This document shows, one piece after another, positions 27,800 through 38,522 of a DNA stretch of 63,894 nucleotides. The stretch comes from a virus. Its lineage: Duplodnaviria; Caudoviricetes. The stretch is taken from positions 1-63,894 of the IMG/VR virus record IMGVR_UViG_3300037247_001086. One strand, given 5' to 3'. The notes beneath the pieces were generated by a model. That model did no database searches. It worked only from the letters and a program-made list of their open reading frames with translations, and was not told the DNA's origin. The translations under genes were made by a program, and so were the position numbers. Position 1 is the first letter of the stretch. Each line of letters starts with the position of its first letter.

Positions 27800-28284
27800 G
27801 TGGCCGAGGAAGTCGACCACAGCCATATCCTCCTGAAGGGACGCCGAATCCTGTCGCTGGATATGAATGGGAGACTGTTGTTAAGTATCCTATAGTAGAG
27901 GATCCGAGCGCTGAATATTTAGAGTCTGGCGCGGGTAAGGATGTCCCTGGCTTGTATGGAAACGAGGCCATGCAGCGGGCGTTGTGCATCGACTTTGATG
28001 GTGTTCTCCACAGTTATACGAGCGGCTGGCAGGGTCATGAGCTGATAGGTGATGGGCCGGTAGATGGGGCTGTGGAGGCGTGTCAGCGGCTTCATGAGGC
28101 AGGTTGGAAGTTGTACGTTCTGTCTAGTCGGTCAGCGTTGGAGCCGGTGCAGGAATGGCTGGCTCGTCATAATTTTCCGCCTATGATACTGACGCGGGTG
28201 AAGCCCATTGCCATCGCTTACATCGACGATAGAGCTGTTCGATTCGAAGGAAATTGGGACTCAACGAGAAAGTTGTTTGTGTGA
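27796..28284 (+). CDS. HAD-superfamily phosphatase/nucleotidase
   Basis: IDFDGVLHSY, SSR, KP...YIDDRA. Confidence 0.8.
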   Translation: MSGRGSRPQPYPPEGTPNPVAGYEWETVVKYPIVEDPSAEYLESGAGKDVPGLYGNEAMQRALCIDFDGVLHSYTSGWQGHELIGDGPVDGAVEACQRLHEAGWKLYVLSSRSALEPVQEWLARHNFPPMILTRVKPIAIAYIDDRAVRFEGNWDSTRKLFV

Positions 28285-28727
28285 TGAGTGCTGTTCTACA
28301 GCCATGGGTGCAGGAACTGCCTTGGAAGATGCAGAGCGTCTTGATTGCTGGTTCACGTGGGCCGGATAGTAGCGCGGGCGGCGAGCTGAAGAAATTCACT
28401 CGTTGGATCAGAAGAGAAACGCAGCAGAATGCTGATCCAGAACACGCCTACATGAATGTTGTTGAAGACCCGCATATCGACGAGAAAGTTCTCCTTCAAG
28501 AAATCGAGTACGGTGTAACGTGGCATTATTTTGGGCATTTGCTTCATGCGCTCGAAATCATCGCTTACAAAGGCCACAACGGATTGGATCAAGGTGTCAA
28601 GATTGGAAATATGAGGACTAAATTCGCGACATACTGGTATATCACATTGGTTCAATTTATGCATCTGGGTTGGGAGGATGAGAAGCTCATGGATGATCGG
28701 CTGAAGGACATGGTGGATCACGAATGA
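28281..28727 (+). CDS. Conserved hypothetical phage protein
   Basis: VLQPWV..L..KMQSVL...RGPD; HY..HLLHA.EI. Confidence 0.6.
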   Translation: MMSAVLQPWVQELPWKMQSVLIAGSRGPDSSAGGELKKFTRWIRRETQQNADPEHAYMNVVEDPHIDEKVLLQEIEYGVTWHYFGHLLHALEIIAYKGHNGLDQGVKIGNMRTKFATYWYITLVQFMHLGWEDEKLMDDRLKDMVDHE

Positions 28728-29020
28728 GGCCGCTGAATCAATATCATCGTACTGTGTGCCGCTGGCTGGATGAGATGGATGTAGGCTATGTGGAGGAATA
28801 TCCAGTCGGTCAGTACACCATCGATATCTACTTGCCAGACATGAAGATGGGTGTAGAAATCGACGGCCCGCAACATGTAAAAAAGGAAGACATCATCCGA
28901 GATCATCTCATCTTGACGACAACGCTTGCTGGTGTGGATCAAATCGTTAGGGTCAAAGTCGGTACTAAAAAGGAGCTTGCATTACGTGCCATCCTCAAAG
29001 AGCACTATCCTGCTACCTAA
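28724..29020 (+). CDS. Vsr/DUF559-like endonuclease
   Basis: EY.VG.Y.IDIY....VEIDG..H....RD. Confidence 0.7.
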   Translation: MRPLNQYHRTVCRWLDEMDVGYVEEYPVGQYTIDIYLPDMKMGVEIDGPQHVKKEDIIRDHLILTTTLAGVDQIVRVKVGTKKELALRAILKEHYPAT

Positions 29021-29786
29021 AGGTCACGGGCTGCGACAGCTGTTAGCTGACGACCCGACTCAATTTCTGCTCTATGCGGTGGAGCAGGTTCAGGAACAGG
29101 CTCATCCTCGACGGATAGAGCGGGTCGTAAAGGCTATGCAACGACGGCGGCAGAGTTCCGGTTGGGTTCACGTGAGTGATATGCTTCAGCCGTGTGATCT
29201 GGTCATTGGGGCGCGGCTGTTGGGATACAAGCTGCCCGAGGAGCCACCGACTAAGCGGATGCAACGGATCTTTGACAACGGCCATTTCATGCACATGCGC
29301 TGGCAGAATTATTTTCTCGGTCTACCATCTGCTTTTAAGGTGAGAGTTTCGGCAGTGCTACGGCGCTGGCCTATCGTTGGAGAGGCTGATATTATCGTCG
29401 AGCACAAACACTTTGGCAAGGTTGTTGTGGAGCTCAAGTCGATGAACGATAGACGTTTCTCGGAACTGAAAGGCGCTGATGGCGACCATCGAAATCAAGT
29501 TAATATGTATGCAGGTTTGGACGGGGCCGATTCCGCTCAGGTATGGTATGAGAACAAGAACGATCAGGAAGTGAAAGCGTATCACTATCCGCCGCAGCCT
29601 GATGATTTCAACAGCTTATTGGAGCGGGCGCAGGAAATCTTTGAGCAGATTCGTCAAGGTAAGCTTCCCAACGGTTGCGGCTTGTGCGGCCTTGACGATT
29701 ACATCGCTGGTCTGAAGTTCACTGACGAACGGGTTGTGGCTATGGAGGAGGAACGCGAAAAATGGCAGAAAAGGAACCTATCCTAA
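28986..29786 (+). CDS. Cas4-like PD-(D/E)xK exonuclease
   Basis: FDNG..H, GEADII, VELKS, Q...Y, CGLC; GTG 28986 with AAGGAG RBS. Confidence 0.75.
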   Translation: MPSSKSTILLPKGHGLRQLLADDPTQFLLYAVEQVQEQAHPRRIERVVKAMQRRRQSSGWVHVSDMLQPCDLVIGARLLGYKLPEEPPTKRMQRIFDNGHFMHMRWQNYFLGLPSAFKVRVSAVLRRWPIVGEADIIVEHKHFGKVVVELKSMNDRRFSELKGADGDHRNQVNMYAGLDGADSAQVWYENKNDQEVKAYHYPPQPDDFNSLLERAQEIFEQIRQGKLPNGCGLCGLDDYIAGLKFTDERVVAMEEEREKWQKRNLS

Positions 29787-30373
29787 TCCACGACGGTAAA
29801 GAGCATTGGCTTGTTTACCCGGAAGACAACGCTTATCTCATGTGCAACAAAGTCAAGCCGGATGAGGATGGTGTTCGGCATGTGACACAGGAGATGGTCG
29901 AAGCGTTGAAGGGCTGGTGGTATACGCTGGCCATTGAAAAGGTGGAGCAGGCGTTGACGGCCCTGAACATTCCGTTTGAGGAATTGCGTGTCACAGAGGA
30001 GGATATTGAGAGTGGCGATCTAATGAGATTGTCGAAGAAGCTGGCTATTTCGTCTCATTATATTATCAAGGTCAACGAGATGTTGACATTAGTGGAGGCG
30101 AGGAATAGCGCGGCTAAGGATGCTCTTGATCACGCCAGCAATCAACGGGTAGGGCGGGACGAACGATACAAGGGTGAGGGCCGACAACCGGCTATCGCGG
30201 TGAGGATTGCGATGGCTATTCATGAAGAGAAGCCGTTACGGAACGCCAAGATCGACGTGATAGAGACCGCTGCGTTCCTCAAGGCGTTGGAGCATACGAA
30301 GAACAGCTTGGATATCCTCTGGCGTACCGCTAGCCGAATAATCAGTGCTCGTCTCAAAGAACCAATCGACTAG
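29762..30373 (+). CDS. Hypothetical helical protein (possibly UvsY-like mediator)
   Basis: Coiled-coil character; ends ..SRIISAR; recombination context. Confidence 0.35.
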   Translation: MAEKEPILIHDGKEHWLVYPEDNAYLMCNKVKPDEDGVRHVTQEMVEALKGWWYTLAIEKVEQALTALNIPFEELRVTEEDIESGDLMRLSKKLAISSHYIIKVNEMLTLVEARNSAAKDALDHASNQRVGRDERYKGEGRQPAIAVRIAMAIHEEKPLRNAKIDVIETAAFLKALEHTKNSLDILWRTASRIISARLKEPID

Positions 30374-30380
30374 GAAAACT

Positions 30381-30902
30381 ATGCCTGTTCCTACATATGC
30401 TTGGGTGCTTCCGAGACCGAAAGTGGACAAATATCCTGGTGGATTCCCTCTTCATTTTGAAAAGAAGTTGATCCGATTACTCGATAATCCTTCGGATATT
30501 CTTCATCAATTTGGTGGAATGGGGGAACAGGGATTAAGGTTAGACGTGCTAATGAAACACCCTTTGACAGAACGATTCGGCTCTAAAGTTATTTGGAGAC
30601 CCCCAGATGTCTTAGGAGACGCCCATCATTTACCTTTTATTGACAGCAGTTTTGATCTTGTTATTGTTGACCCTCCCTACTCCGATGAGGAATCTCTGAG
30701 GCTATACGGAACACGGCCCGTTTCCTATAAGCGATATATTCGTGAGGCTGTTCGTGTGTGTCGTCCAAGAGGTTTTGTTGCTTCTTATCATGTGACGATG
30801 ACCCCGCGTCCGGATGAAACTGAATACTATTGTCGTATTTTACTGGCTACTCGTGTTAATCATCGTCTCCGCGCTTGTTGCGTATTTAGGAAGAAGGGCT
30901 GA
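30381..30902 (+). CDS. Small amino (N6A/N4C) methyltransferase-like protein
   Basis: YPGGFP, FGG, GDA..LPF, VDPPY. Confidence 0.7.
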   Translation: MPVPTYAWVLPRPKVDKYPGGFPLHFEKKLIRLLDNPSDILHQFGGMGEQGLRLDVLMKHPLTERFGSKVIWRPPDVLGDAHHLPFIDSSFDLVIVDPPYSDEESLRLYGTRPVSYKRYIREAVRVCRPRGFVASYHVTMTPRPDETEYYCRILLATRVNHRLRACCVFRKKG

Positions 30903-31381
30903 TGAATATTATGCACGTGATTGGAATAGATCCAGGGCTGGGCGGGGCTGTGGCTTTCTTGCCTGAGTGTCGGATTGTTGATACGCCAGTGGCGATGATC
31001 GGCACCAAGCGGAGCTATCTACCTTTGGAGATGGCGCGTGTCCTGTCCATGTATAAAGGGGAGAAGACGCTGGCGGTGTTGGAGAAGCAGCAAGCGATGC
31101 CAAAGCAGGGTGTGAGCAGTACATTTTCTATCGGTCAGGGCTTTGGTATCTGGCTCGGAATTCTAGGGGCGTTCGAAATTCCGTATTTGGTTGTGCGACC
31201 TCAGGAGTGGAAACAGGAGATGCTGAAAGGTATGAGTAAGGAGAAGGGGGCGGCTATCAAGCGGGCGCAAGAGCTGTTCCCTGGCCTTGGTCATATGCTC
31301 ATGCGGGTTAAGGATCATGACAGGGCTGAGGCGCTTCTGATGGCTCAATACGGCCTTCAGAAACAGGGGCTTGTAAAGTAG
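30902..31381 (+). CDS. ruvC: RuvC-like Holliday junction resolvase
   Basis: IGIDPG, VLE, QGVSSTF, PQEWK, DRAEALL. Confidence 0.85.
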   Translation: MNIMHVIGIDPGLGGAVAFLPECRIVDTPVAMIGTKRSYLPLEMARVLSMYKGEKTLAVLEKQQAMPKQGVSSTFSIGQGFGIWLGILGAFEIPYLVVRPQEWKQEMLKGMSKEKGAAIKRAQELFPGLGHMLMRVKDHDRAEALLMAQYGLQKQGLVK

Positions 31382-31399
31382 CGGCTAACAGTGTATACT
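31371..31399 (+). promoter_or_regulatory. Sigma70-type promoter
   Basis: TTGTAA-17 nt-TATACT. Confidence 0.7.
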
Positions 31400-31558
31400 A
31401 GGGGTTGGAATGATGAGGAATGGTAGCGAAGGGAGAATGGTGATGGCTAAGCACAGATGGATGTGGTTCCAAGGTCGTAGGATTTGCGACCAGGATTGCA
31501 CGACTGACTGTCCATATGCACAGAAGTGAACGAAGGCAATGAGGAAGGAGACAGGGAA

Positions 31559-31747
31559 ATGGCAGACGAACGACTAGAAGTGGATCTGGAGGCTGTTGAG
31601 CCTATCACCAAAATCCAAGATGTGGTAGACATCGTGAATCACGCGATGGAAGCCTTACAGCCTAAGCCCGAATATCCAGCTGGAAACAAGCAATTGGTCT
31701 TCAATGAACTGGCCACAGTATTGGATTTCTTGGGGGTGGACTGTTAG
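31559..31747 (+). CDS. Hypothetical protein whose stop abuts HH4
   Basis: AAGGAG RBS; TAG directly followed by ctGAAA. Confidence 0.55.
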   Translation: MADERLEVDLEAVEPITKIQDVVDIVNHAMEALQPKPEYPAGNKQLVFNELATVLDFLGVDC

Positions 31748-31807
31748 CTGAAACGCCCACAAGGGCGTCCGCCAGAACTGACCATCTGGCGCTGATGAGG
31801 TAGGTCA
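31747..31807 (+). ncRNA. Type II hammerhead ribozyme HH4
   Basis: gct-GAAA-cgccc acaa gggcg-TC^-cgccaga actgacca tctggcg-CTGATGA-ggt-a-ggtca; near-identical to HH2. Confidence 0.88.
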
Positions 31808-31826
31808 ACAGGAAGAAGGAAGAAAA

Positions 31827-32342
31827 ATGGGACGAGAAGCTAGACGCTCGCACCTTCAGCTAGAAGAGCTGTTGGGGGAGACGTTCTGGGGCTATCTGCT
31901 AGATGCCATCCCCTGCAAGTCCTGCAACGAGACAGGCAAGCAAGCTGATGGCGAAGGCCACTGCGTAGTCTGCGAAGGCGAAGGCAACGTTTACCCCAAG
32001 GTCACGCTGCCGTCGTACCCTGTGAAGGAGTTTCCATACGAGGGGCTTGAATACTTCGAGAATGAGTATGGCTGGCAGATGTGGGAAACGACTTCAGAGG
32101 GATCGCCCATGTCGCCGGTCTTCAAGACGCCGGAGGAGTTGGCGCGGTGGCTCGCAGACACAGGAGCTTCGGCCTTCGCGGGGATGACGGCTACCTACGA
32201 CGAGTGGCTGGGCACAATCACTGTCTCAGGAGGTGCGCCATCTGCCGTACTCACTGTTGATAGCACGGGTAAGGAGCGCATGGAATCTGGAGTAGCCGCG
32301 CTCAGTCAACCGAGGTCGGAGCCCAAGGATGGAGGCTTGTAA
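31827..32342 (+). CDS. Conserved phage protein with DnaJ-type CxxCxxxG zinc motifs
   Basis: CKSCNETG, CVVCEGEG, GWQMWETTSEGSPMSPVF. Confidence 0.7.
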   Translation: MGREARRSHLQLEELLGETFWGYLLDAIPCKSCNETGKQADGEGHCVVCEGEGNVYPKVTLPSYPVKEFPYEGLEYFENEYGWQMWETTSEGSPMSPVFKTPEELARWLADTGASAFAGMTATYDEWLGTITVSGGAPSAVLTVDSTGKERMESGVAALSQPRSEPKDGGL

Positions 32343-34274
32343 TGGCATACGCCCAGTCGGCGCTGCTACGGGCGCTGGAAGGAGCGAGGTGATGAGCGAG
32401 CCATTGACAGCGGAGGCTTTCAGGGACTTGGTATTCGAACGCTACGGAGCAGAGCGGTTCCTGCCTGTCGGCGAGATTCGGGGTTCTGTTACCTCGCACG
32501 ATACGGCTTGGCTGGAAACGCCCGATGCTGCGGTCGAAGCTTGGTTCAAGGAACAGTTTGGTGAAGCTCTCGTACCGAAGGACGGCAAGTGCGTCTGTGG
32601 CCGTGACCTCATGGGCCTCTTGGGAACCTTCCGGTGGGCTATTCAGCATGGGATCGGCAACTGTTCGGAATGCGGGGCCGGATACCAGCTCTACCACTAT
32701 TACGGTGAGCACCCCAATAGTCACCGGCTGTCAGTTCCGGTGCTGGTGCAGATACCGGTAGAGGCCGCAGCCCAGTCAGGAGCCCAGCGATGACGGAAGC
32801 AACGCCGAGCGCCGAGCCTACGTTTAACCAAGCCCACAATCATCTCATGGACAGGCTGCACTACGAGGCACGGCACGAGAAACCTTCTCCGCTGACCTGC
32901 AAGGATTGGGACTGCGTTACGCTGCGCACCCTCATCACCCGCGCCGCCCACGTAGTCCCGCTCATGGAGGCGCTGGAGCGGGCGTTATTCTACATCGAAA
33001 ACCCCGCAGGCTTCAAGGAGCAGTATGGCGATCCCGATGAGCCTGAAAGCTCAATCAGTTGGGGGCACTGGCGCGATCGGGTGGTGACGGAGCCAATCCG
33101 CGCCGCCCTGCTCGCAGCCCAGAAGGCCGCGTCATGACCAAGCACTCCGTCACGGTCACCGTGGATACAGACGATAACAAAGCCCTGCGGATGCTGCTCA
33201 ATCTTTCGAGAGATGTCGGGAAGGGTAGCAAGGAACTCAGGCAGTTCCTACGACCTGTCATCAGGCAACTTGGGCGACTTCAAGGGCGGATTGAAAACGC
33301 TTTGCTCGACCTCGATACGCCATTAGAGGAACGCCGATGACCACCGCGACAGAAGCCCTACGAACAGGCTCTCTGCTTCTCCAGGTTGCCGAAGCTCGGT
33401 ATTGGAACGTGTTGATGCTGCTTACGCAATATCGCATTAATGAAAGCTACGGCGTAGATTCTCGCGTCGCCCATGATTGTAGGCAGCTCGTCGAGAGGGT
33501 GGCAGGTTTTTCTCCGCAGCAATACGTAGAGCTTAGCAGGGCAGATGCTCGATGGAATTCGAGCGGCGCATGACATTAAGGAAGCAACAGGGGTATGAAA
33601 CAGTTGGGCTGGGTCGCGGCGTGGGGTGCCTCATCCTCCACGTGCTACGGAATATAGCGTCCTTGGAGGATACTCTGAGGGTGTTGGGAGCGACCAAAGC
33701 ATGGCAGATGGGTGTGGCCATGCAATTGAATAGAGAGGGGTCCAGAAGTGGTGCGGAGCCAGCGTAGAAGTGGTCGGGGCTGTCATTCCTCGTTAGAAAA
33801 TCTCGCGCTTCCATGAGCGACCACAGCAGAATTGGACAGCCGTTAGACTCGGCACTGGACCTCTCAAAGATAGTGGAGGAAGGAAGTTAAATGATGAGTA
33901 GGGGAAAGAGAAAAATTCCTACGGGAAATCTTCCCGATGCAATGTTCATTCATGGCGGGCCATGTGAGGGGCCAGAGGGGGAAGTCTATTGTGTTTGGTG
34001 TCTCAGTGATGACCATTGTGGCTGTTTACATTTGAGGCAGAGACAATCTGCGAGAAAGTTGCGGGAGGCATATGGACGCTAAGGACAGGACGCTGGACGC
34101 GCTACAGGTCAATGGGGATTGGATGACGTTCATCGAGATCCAGAACGCTACCGGCATCGTATCGCTGACGTTCCTTGATATGGCCCTTCGGGATTTCGTC
34201 GGCCTTAAGGTGGTGGAGCTGGAAAAGAAGAATGGGAAGAAGCGTTGGAGGGCTATAATGGAAAGGATGCGGTA

Positions 34275-34421
34275 ATGGCTAAGCTGAAGAGGCACAAGCA
34301 GAATGGTAGAGCGGTCGATGGCGGGACGTGGTGTGGTAAGTGGGTCGCCAGGGGTGAACGGAAGTGGCGCTGGTCTGATGTCACTTGCAAGACTTGCTTG
34401 CGAATGAAACCGGCGGAATGA
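34275..34421 (+). CDS. 48-aa zinc-finger micro-protein, paralogue 1
   Basis: Hand translation MAKLKRHKQNGRAVDGGTWCGKWVARGERKWRWSDVTCKTCLRMKPAE. Confidence 0.6.
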   Translation: MAKLKRHKQNGRAVDGGTWCGKWVARGERKWRWSDVTCKTCLRMKPAE

Positions 34422-34425
34422 GATA

Positions 34426-34566
34426 ATGGCTAAGTTGAAGACACACAAAAGGAACGGTCGGGATAGTGTAATTTCTTGGTGCGGGAAAACAGCTTGGCCG
34501 GATCAATTGAAATTTCGTTGGTCTGACGTCACTTGCAAGAACTGCCTGAAGAGAAAGCCGTCATGA
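34426..34566 (+). CDS. 46-aa zinc-finger micro-protein, paralogue 2
   Basis: Hand translation MAKLKTHKRNGRDSVISWCGKTAWPDQLKFRWSDVTCKNCLKRKPS. Confidence 0.6.
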   Translation: MAKLKTHKRNGRDSVISWCGKTAWPDQLKFRWSDVTCKNCLKRKPS

Positions 34567-35453
34567 AGGCTGAAGGATTTTGGTCATTTTGGAATCAATA
34601 TGGAAGTGTTCCGCTCAATGTTTGTGTGGAGCGGGCTAAACAACTCCAGCATGGAGTTATCGTTAAGCACGGCTTCTGGACTGCATTCGATGCCTTCAAA
34701 GCGGCGGGGGTGCCTGTAGCTATAGAGCGGTATGTCTACCCGAGCCAGCCTATCAGGGAGGCCGAGAAACTCGCGGAAGGGATTGCACGTGGCGCGGAGT
34801 TTGCGGTCATCAATGCTGAGGTGGAATGGGAACGAGCTGGTGATGCTGGCGGCACGGCTATGACGACGCTGATTCAAGAACTGCACCGACTATCGGGGAA
34901 TGTTGAAATATATGCCTCAGTTGATACACGGGCCGATCGATGGAGTCGGCCATATCAACAAATTCTTGGAGCGGAATGTACCGGCTGGATGCCGATGATC
35001 TATCCGAAGGCGTTCTTCTTTCCTCCGTTCCGGCCTGAGGTTCATGTAGCTAGTGCATTTCAGAAGAGCTTGGATGATGGGCAGGACTTCCAGGGCAAGC
35101 CAGTGTATCCTACTATCCAGACGTATGATGGTGTGGGAGAATTTGCAGTCAGATTACAAGTATCAGAGGTTGAAAGACGGAATCTTCCAGGGCTTCAGTC
35201 ATACACGATCTGTCATGCTACGAATATAGAATGGCTGGCATATGTGGCTGGACAAACTCGGAATCCCGTAGTAATACCGCCTGGAGACAATGCTCTACAG
35301 GCACAAGTCAATGCTCTCCAGCTACGACTACATCTGACGGCGTGGGTGTTTCAGTGGGCCGGTTACGCTTTGGGCGGGCAAGAAGCCCCAGAATCGCTTC
35401 TGAGACAGCTTCATCACCTTCTACACCTTACGGGACAAGTGGAGGATGAGTAG
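34563..35453 (+). CDS. TIM-barrel glycoside hydrolase, candidate endolysin (GH25-like)
   Basis: VIVKHG, YVYP, VINAEVEWE, MPMIY, PTIQTY. Confidence 0.5.
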   Translation: MKAEGFWSFWNQYGSVPLNVCVERAKQLQHGVIVKHGFWTAFDAFKAAGVPVAIERYVYPSQPIREAEKLAEGIARGAEFAVINAEVEWERAGDAGGTAMTTLIQELHRLSGNVEIYASVDTRADRWSRPYQQILGAECTGWMPMIYPKAFFFPPFRPEVHVASAFQKSLDDGQDFQGKPVYPTIQTYDGVGEFAVRLQVSEVERRNLPGLQSYTICHATNIEWLAYVAGQTRNPVVIPPGDNALQAQVNALQLRLHLTAWVFQWAGYALGGQEAPESLLRQLHHLLHLTGQVEDE

Positions 35454-35712
35454 GAACTGCATGCACGGGCGGCGGTTGTCGGCTGGCTTATGAACTGTGG
35501 AGGGACGTTGTGATGCTACTCGCACAAACGCATAAAGACGGAGTATACCATGCCTATACTGAGCATGTTGCGGAAAAGGTAACCGATCCACTGAAAACGC
35601 TGCTAGCGGGGAATACACGCTGTGGTGTCGGCGCAGTGTTAGTTGTCGATACAGAAGGGCCAAACCAGTTACATATCTTGGAGCGGTGCAGACGCGGTCT
35701 AATTTGCGGTAA

Positions 35713-36303
35713 TTGCTTAGCTATAGGAGTGAAGTAGGGCTGCATGCTCGGGCAGCGATTGTTGGCTGGCTTCTAACAGTTGGGTTGACAATCGGCTTGC
35801 TAGCTACTCAAGGAGAACAGGAGCAACCAAATGAGGCTAAGGAAACGGTTCATTCTAGCGTTCTTAGTGACAGCCGCGCTCTTATGGATTTTCAACAGAC
35901 CGAGCGTAAATTACGCTTCGTTGATTTGGTTGGATCATCAAGCAGGTCATCACCAATGGCTCCATCAAGAGTGCCCACAATGCCAGAAGATTTTCGCCAG
36001 TTTATTCAAGGTTATCGCGCCTTCAGTGGTGTTTCACGATGGGAACGACACTTCGTAGAGGACGTGATTCCGTGCGAGGGGAGCGTTTGGGTTGGATACT
36101 ACGGGCCATCTACTAGCACATACATCAGCCGTGCTCAATTTGCCGTCGGATCTTGGCGCACGGTTACAGCCGCAACGGGTCTTGATGATCCTGACAACCC
36201 CTATCACGTCGGATCGAACGTTGCTTGGTGGTCTAATCATATCAGTGAACAAGGAGGTCGTGGAGGATGGCCGACTTGCTGGTGGAAAGGCGTGGTGCCA
36301 TGA
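35713..36303 (+). CDS. Membrane-anchored Rpf-like lytic transglycosylase
   Basis: N-terminal TM; IPCEG, AQFAVGSW, GWPTC lysozyme/Rpf pattern; start uncertain. Confidence 0.6.
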   Translation: MLSYRSEVGLHARAAIVGWLLTVGLTIGLLATQGEQEQPNEAKETVHSSVLSDSRALMDFQQTERKLRFVDLVGSSSRSSPMAPSRVPTMPEDFRQFIQGYRAFSGVSRWERHFVEDVIPCEGSVWVGYYGPSTSTYISRAQFAVGSWRTVTAATGLDDPDNPYHVGSNVAWWSNHISEQGGRGGWPTCWWKGVVP

Positions 36304-36999
36304 AGTCAATTGATGGCCGCAAGTGGCTAACGGTTTTAGATCGGGTTTTGGGGAAAGATAGAATGGCTATGTTCTTAGTTGATGCGCTCCAATATCGCGC
36401 TGACCCAGAGTTTTGGGATGGTATCTTGAAGGCGGTAGGCGAGGATTGGATTACGGAAAGGCAGGCACAAGCCGACCAAATGGTGGCGAAATTGAAGGAG
36501 GCGTGGCCTGATGAACGTTGAGGATGGCAGGCCGGTAGACAAGGAGTTTCAATTCGATTGCGCTCACTGCGGTAAAGAGCTCAGTGGCAACTATCTGCCT
36601 CGGCTTTGTCCAAGTTGTGGTAGGGATCATACGCATCGAATAGGGCTTGAGCCATTGGTGTTCATCAATACTGGCACTTGGAGGCGATGTTCTACGGATG
36701 GATGTACCAAGATTGTCAATGTCAAAGACTTCCCAAAGCTGACGACAGCTCAGGGTAGGAACTGTTGGGTAGAACGGGCTCTAATGACAGGAAAGGGAGA
36801 TGAAGATGTGCAGGGAAACGGAGACGAATCGTAAATGTGTCCATCATTGGATCATTGCCTCCCCTAACGGTAAAGAGACAATATCGGGAATGTGCAAGCT
36901 GTGTGGCCGTAATCGCCAGTTTCCGGCGGTGCTCGAACGTAATCCCAGAAACATGGTTCCATCTCGCAAGTATCACGAGAAATTGCATATGGAAGGGGC

Positions 37000-37386
37000 T
37001 TGGCTATGACTTGTCAGAACGATCGGCATCAAACAGAAATTCATGACCTTAAGAGTTGGCCCGAGTATTTCAAGGACGTGGTGCGCGGGCTAAAGACCGT
37101 GGAGCTGAGACAAAACGATCGGGGCTATCAGGAGGGCGATCTACTCTGTCTCCGGGAGTGGCAACCTGCCCCTCCAATCTCTAGTGGTGTCAGTCCAGCT
37201 TGGGGAGGCCGATATACTGGCAGGCTGGTGTTGGTCAAGGTAACGCACATTCTTGTCGGTTCTGGGCCAATAGAAACGGCCTTACCAGAAGGCTGGATCG
37301 CCATGAGCATTTCGTTGCTCTATGATAGTGGAGGAAAAGAATTTCAAATTATGCGGCGATTGAGGAAAGGAAGCCCGGATGATTGA
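37000..37386 (+). CDS. ASCH/DUF3850 domain protein
   Basis: HDLKSWPEYF..V..G.KT.ELR.NDRGYQ.GD.L.LREW. Confidence 0.85.
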   Translation: MAMTCQNDRHQTEIHDLKSWPEYFKDVVRGLKTVELRQNDRGYQEGDLLCLREWQPAPPISSGVSPAWGGRYTGRLVLVKVTHILVGSGPIETALPEGWIAMSISLLYDSGGKEFQIMRRLRKGSPDD

Positions 37387-38039
37387 AGAATTGAAGAAAG
37401 CTATCTATGCAATCACCACGGATCCAAGCCCAGAAATTGCTGCGTGGCAAGTGTCTGGTTTCTTAGCGGCGGTGTCTTTGTGCTTGGAGGATCCAAAGCT
37501 GGCACGGAAACTAGACACTGAGTTCCGGAAAGAATGGAGTGGACTCCGGGGGCCAGGAGGCGTTTACAATCCGGCTGTGATGGGTGGGCGTATCGCTATG
37601 GCTCTCAAGAAGGGAGGCAGTAATGGTCTTCAATGATCCGGTCATCTACCCTTGCGATGTTTGTGGGAAGCGCCGTCAAGAACAGCAGTTTGAGATGGCT
37701 ACCAGAAATATTACCGATCAGCATGATGATCGAGTGAGGCTCAGTGTCCGTTACTGTATCGACAATGTCGCCTGCCATAGTAAGGTTGAAAAAGAGTTAG
37801 ATAGGAGGGAGAAAGATGCCAGAAAGCGACGGTAAGGATCACGAACATAAATGGGTATTGGCAAGTTGGACGCCGCAGAATACGTTCGGAATTGGCATTT
37901 GGATTTGCCGCTGTAGCGCCAGCCGAAGGGTGATTTATGATCCCAGTCAGATATTGATTATAGATTCTAAAGCTCTTCAAGCAGAATTAGAGGTTAGCGC
38001 TCGAGCTGGGGTTTGGACTGGAGCATGATACGGAGTCAG

Positions 38040-38522
38040 CTATCCAGCGGTTAGGAGTTTGCGTTGTTCGTGATAGGTAGCTTCGCTGGCGCGAATAGCT
38101 TCGTCCTCGTCAAATCCGTGCTCTCTGGCCATCGCTCGGATCCGATGCTCGATGTCAATCTTGGCGGGTGCATCAGCGCCTACCAGTTTGGATTCGCGCT
38201 CCATGAGGCGTACCATGCCGTGGATAGCATCTAGCTCGCCCTTAACGACGTTAGCGAAGATGGCCTTGATTGCTTGCTCGATACGCTCTAGCATGACAAT
38301 TCGATGTTCGCTGGCTACGGCTTGGGTTCCAGCCTTGACGTTCTCTAGGACAGCCTGGACGTCGTTCTGGACGGTCATAGGGGCAACAGTAATGTCGTGC
38401 GTTTCCTTGAGGCTGGCAGCGATGGCTCGTAGGCTCATCCCTCTGACTCGCATATCCCAAACGAGGGCGCGGCGGGCTACGGTTCCGACACGTCTACGGC
38501 CTTTATCACGTTGGTCAGTCAT
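38040..38522 (-). CDS. Probable terminase small subunit (HTH)
   Basis: RR..VWDMR..GMSLRAIA..L, ERESKLVGADAP; isolated on the minus strand. Confidence 0.65.
   Translation of the reverse strand: MTDQRDKGRRRVGTVARRALVWDMRVRGMSLRAIAASLKETHDITVAPMTVQNDVQAVLENVKAGTQAVASEHRIVMLERIEQAIKAIFANVVKGELDAIHGMVRLMERESKLVGADAPAKIDIEHRIRAMAREHGFDEDEAIRASEATYHEQRKLLTAG

Noticed and set aside
28986-29786. Cas4 as evidence of a CRISPR system
   Set aside because: Solo Cas4-like nucleases are common in phage recombination modules; no array or other cas genes
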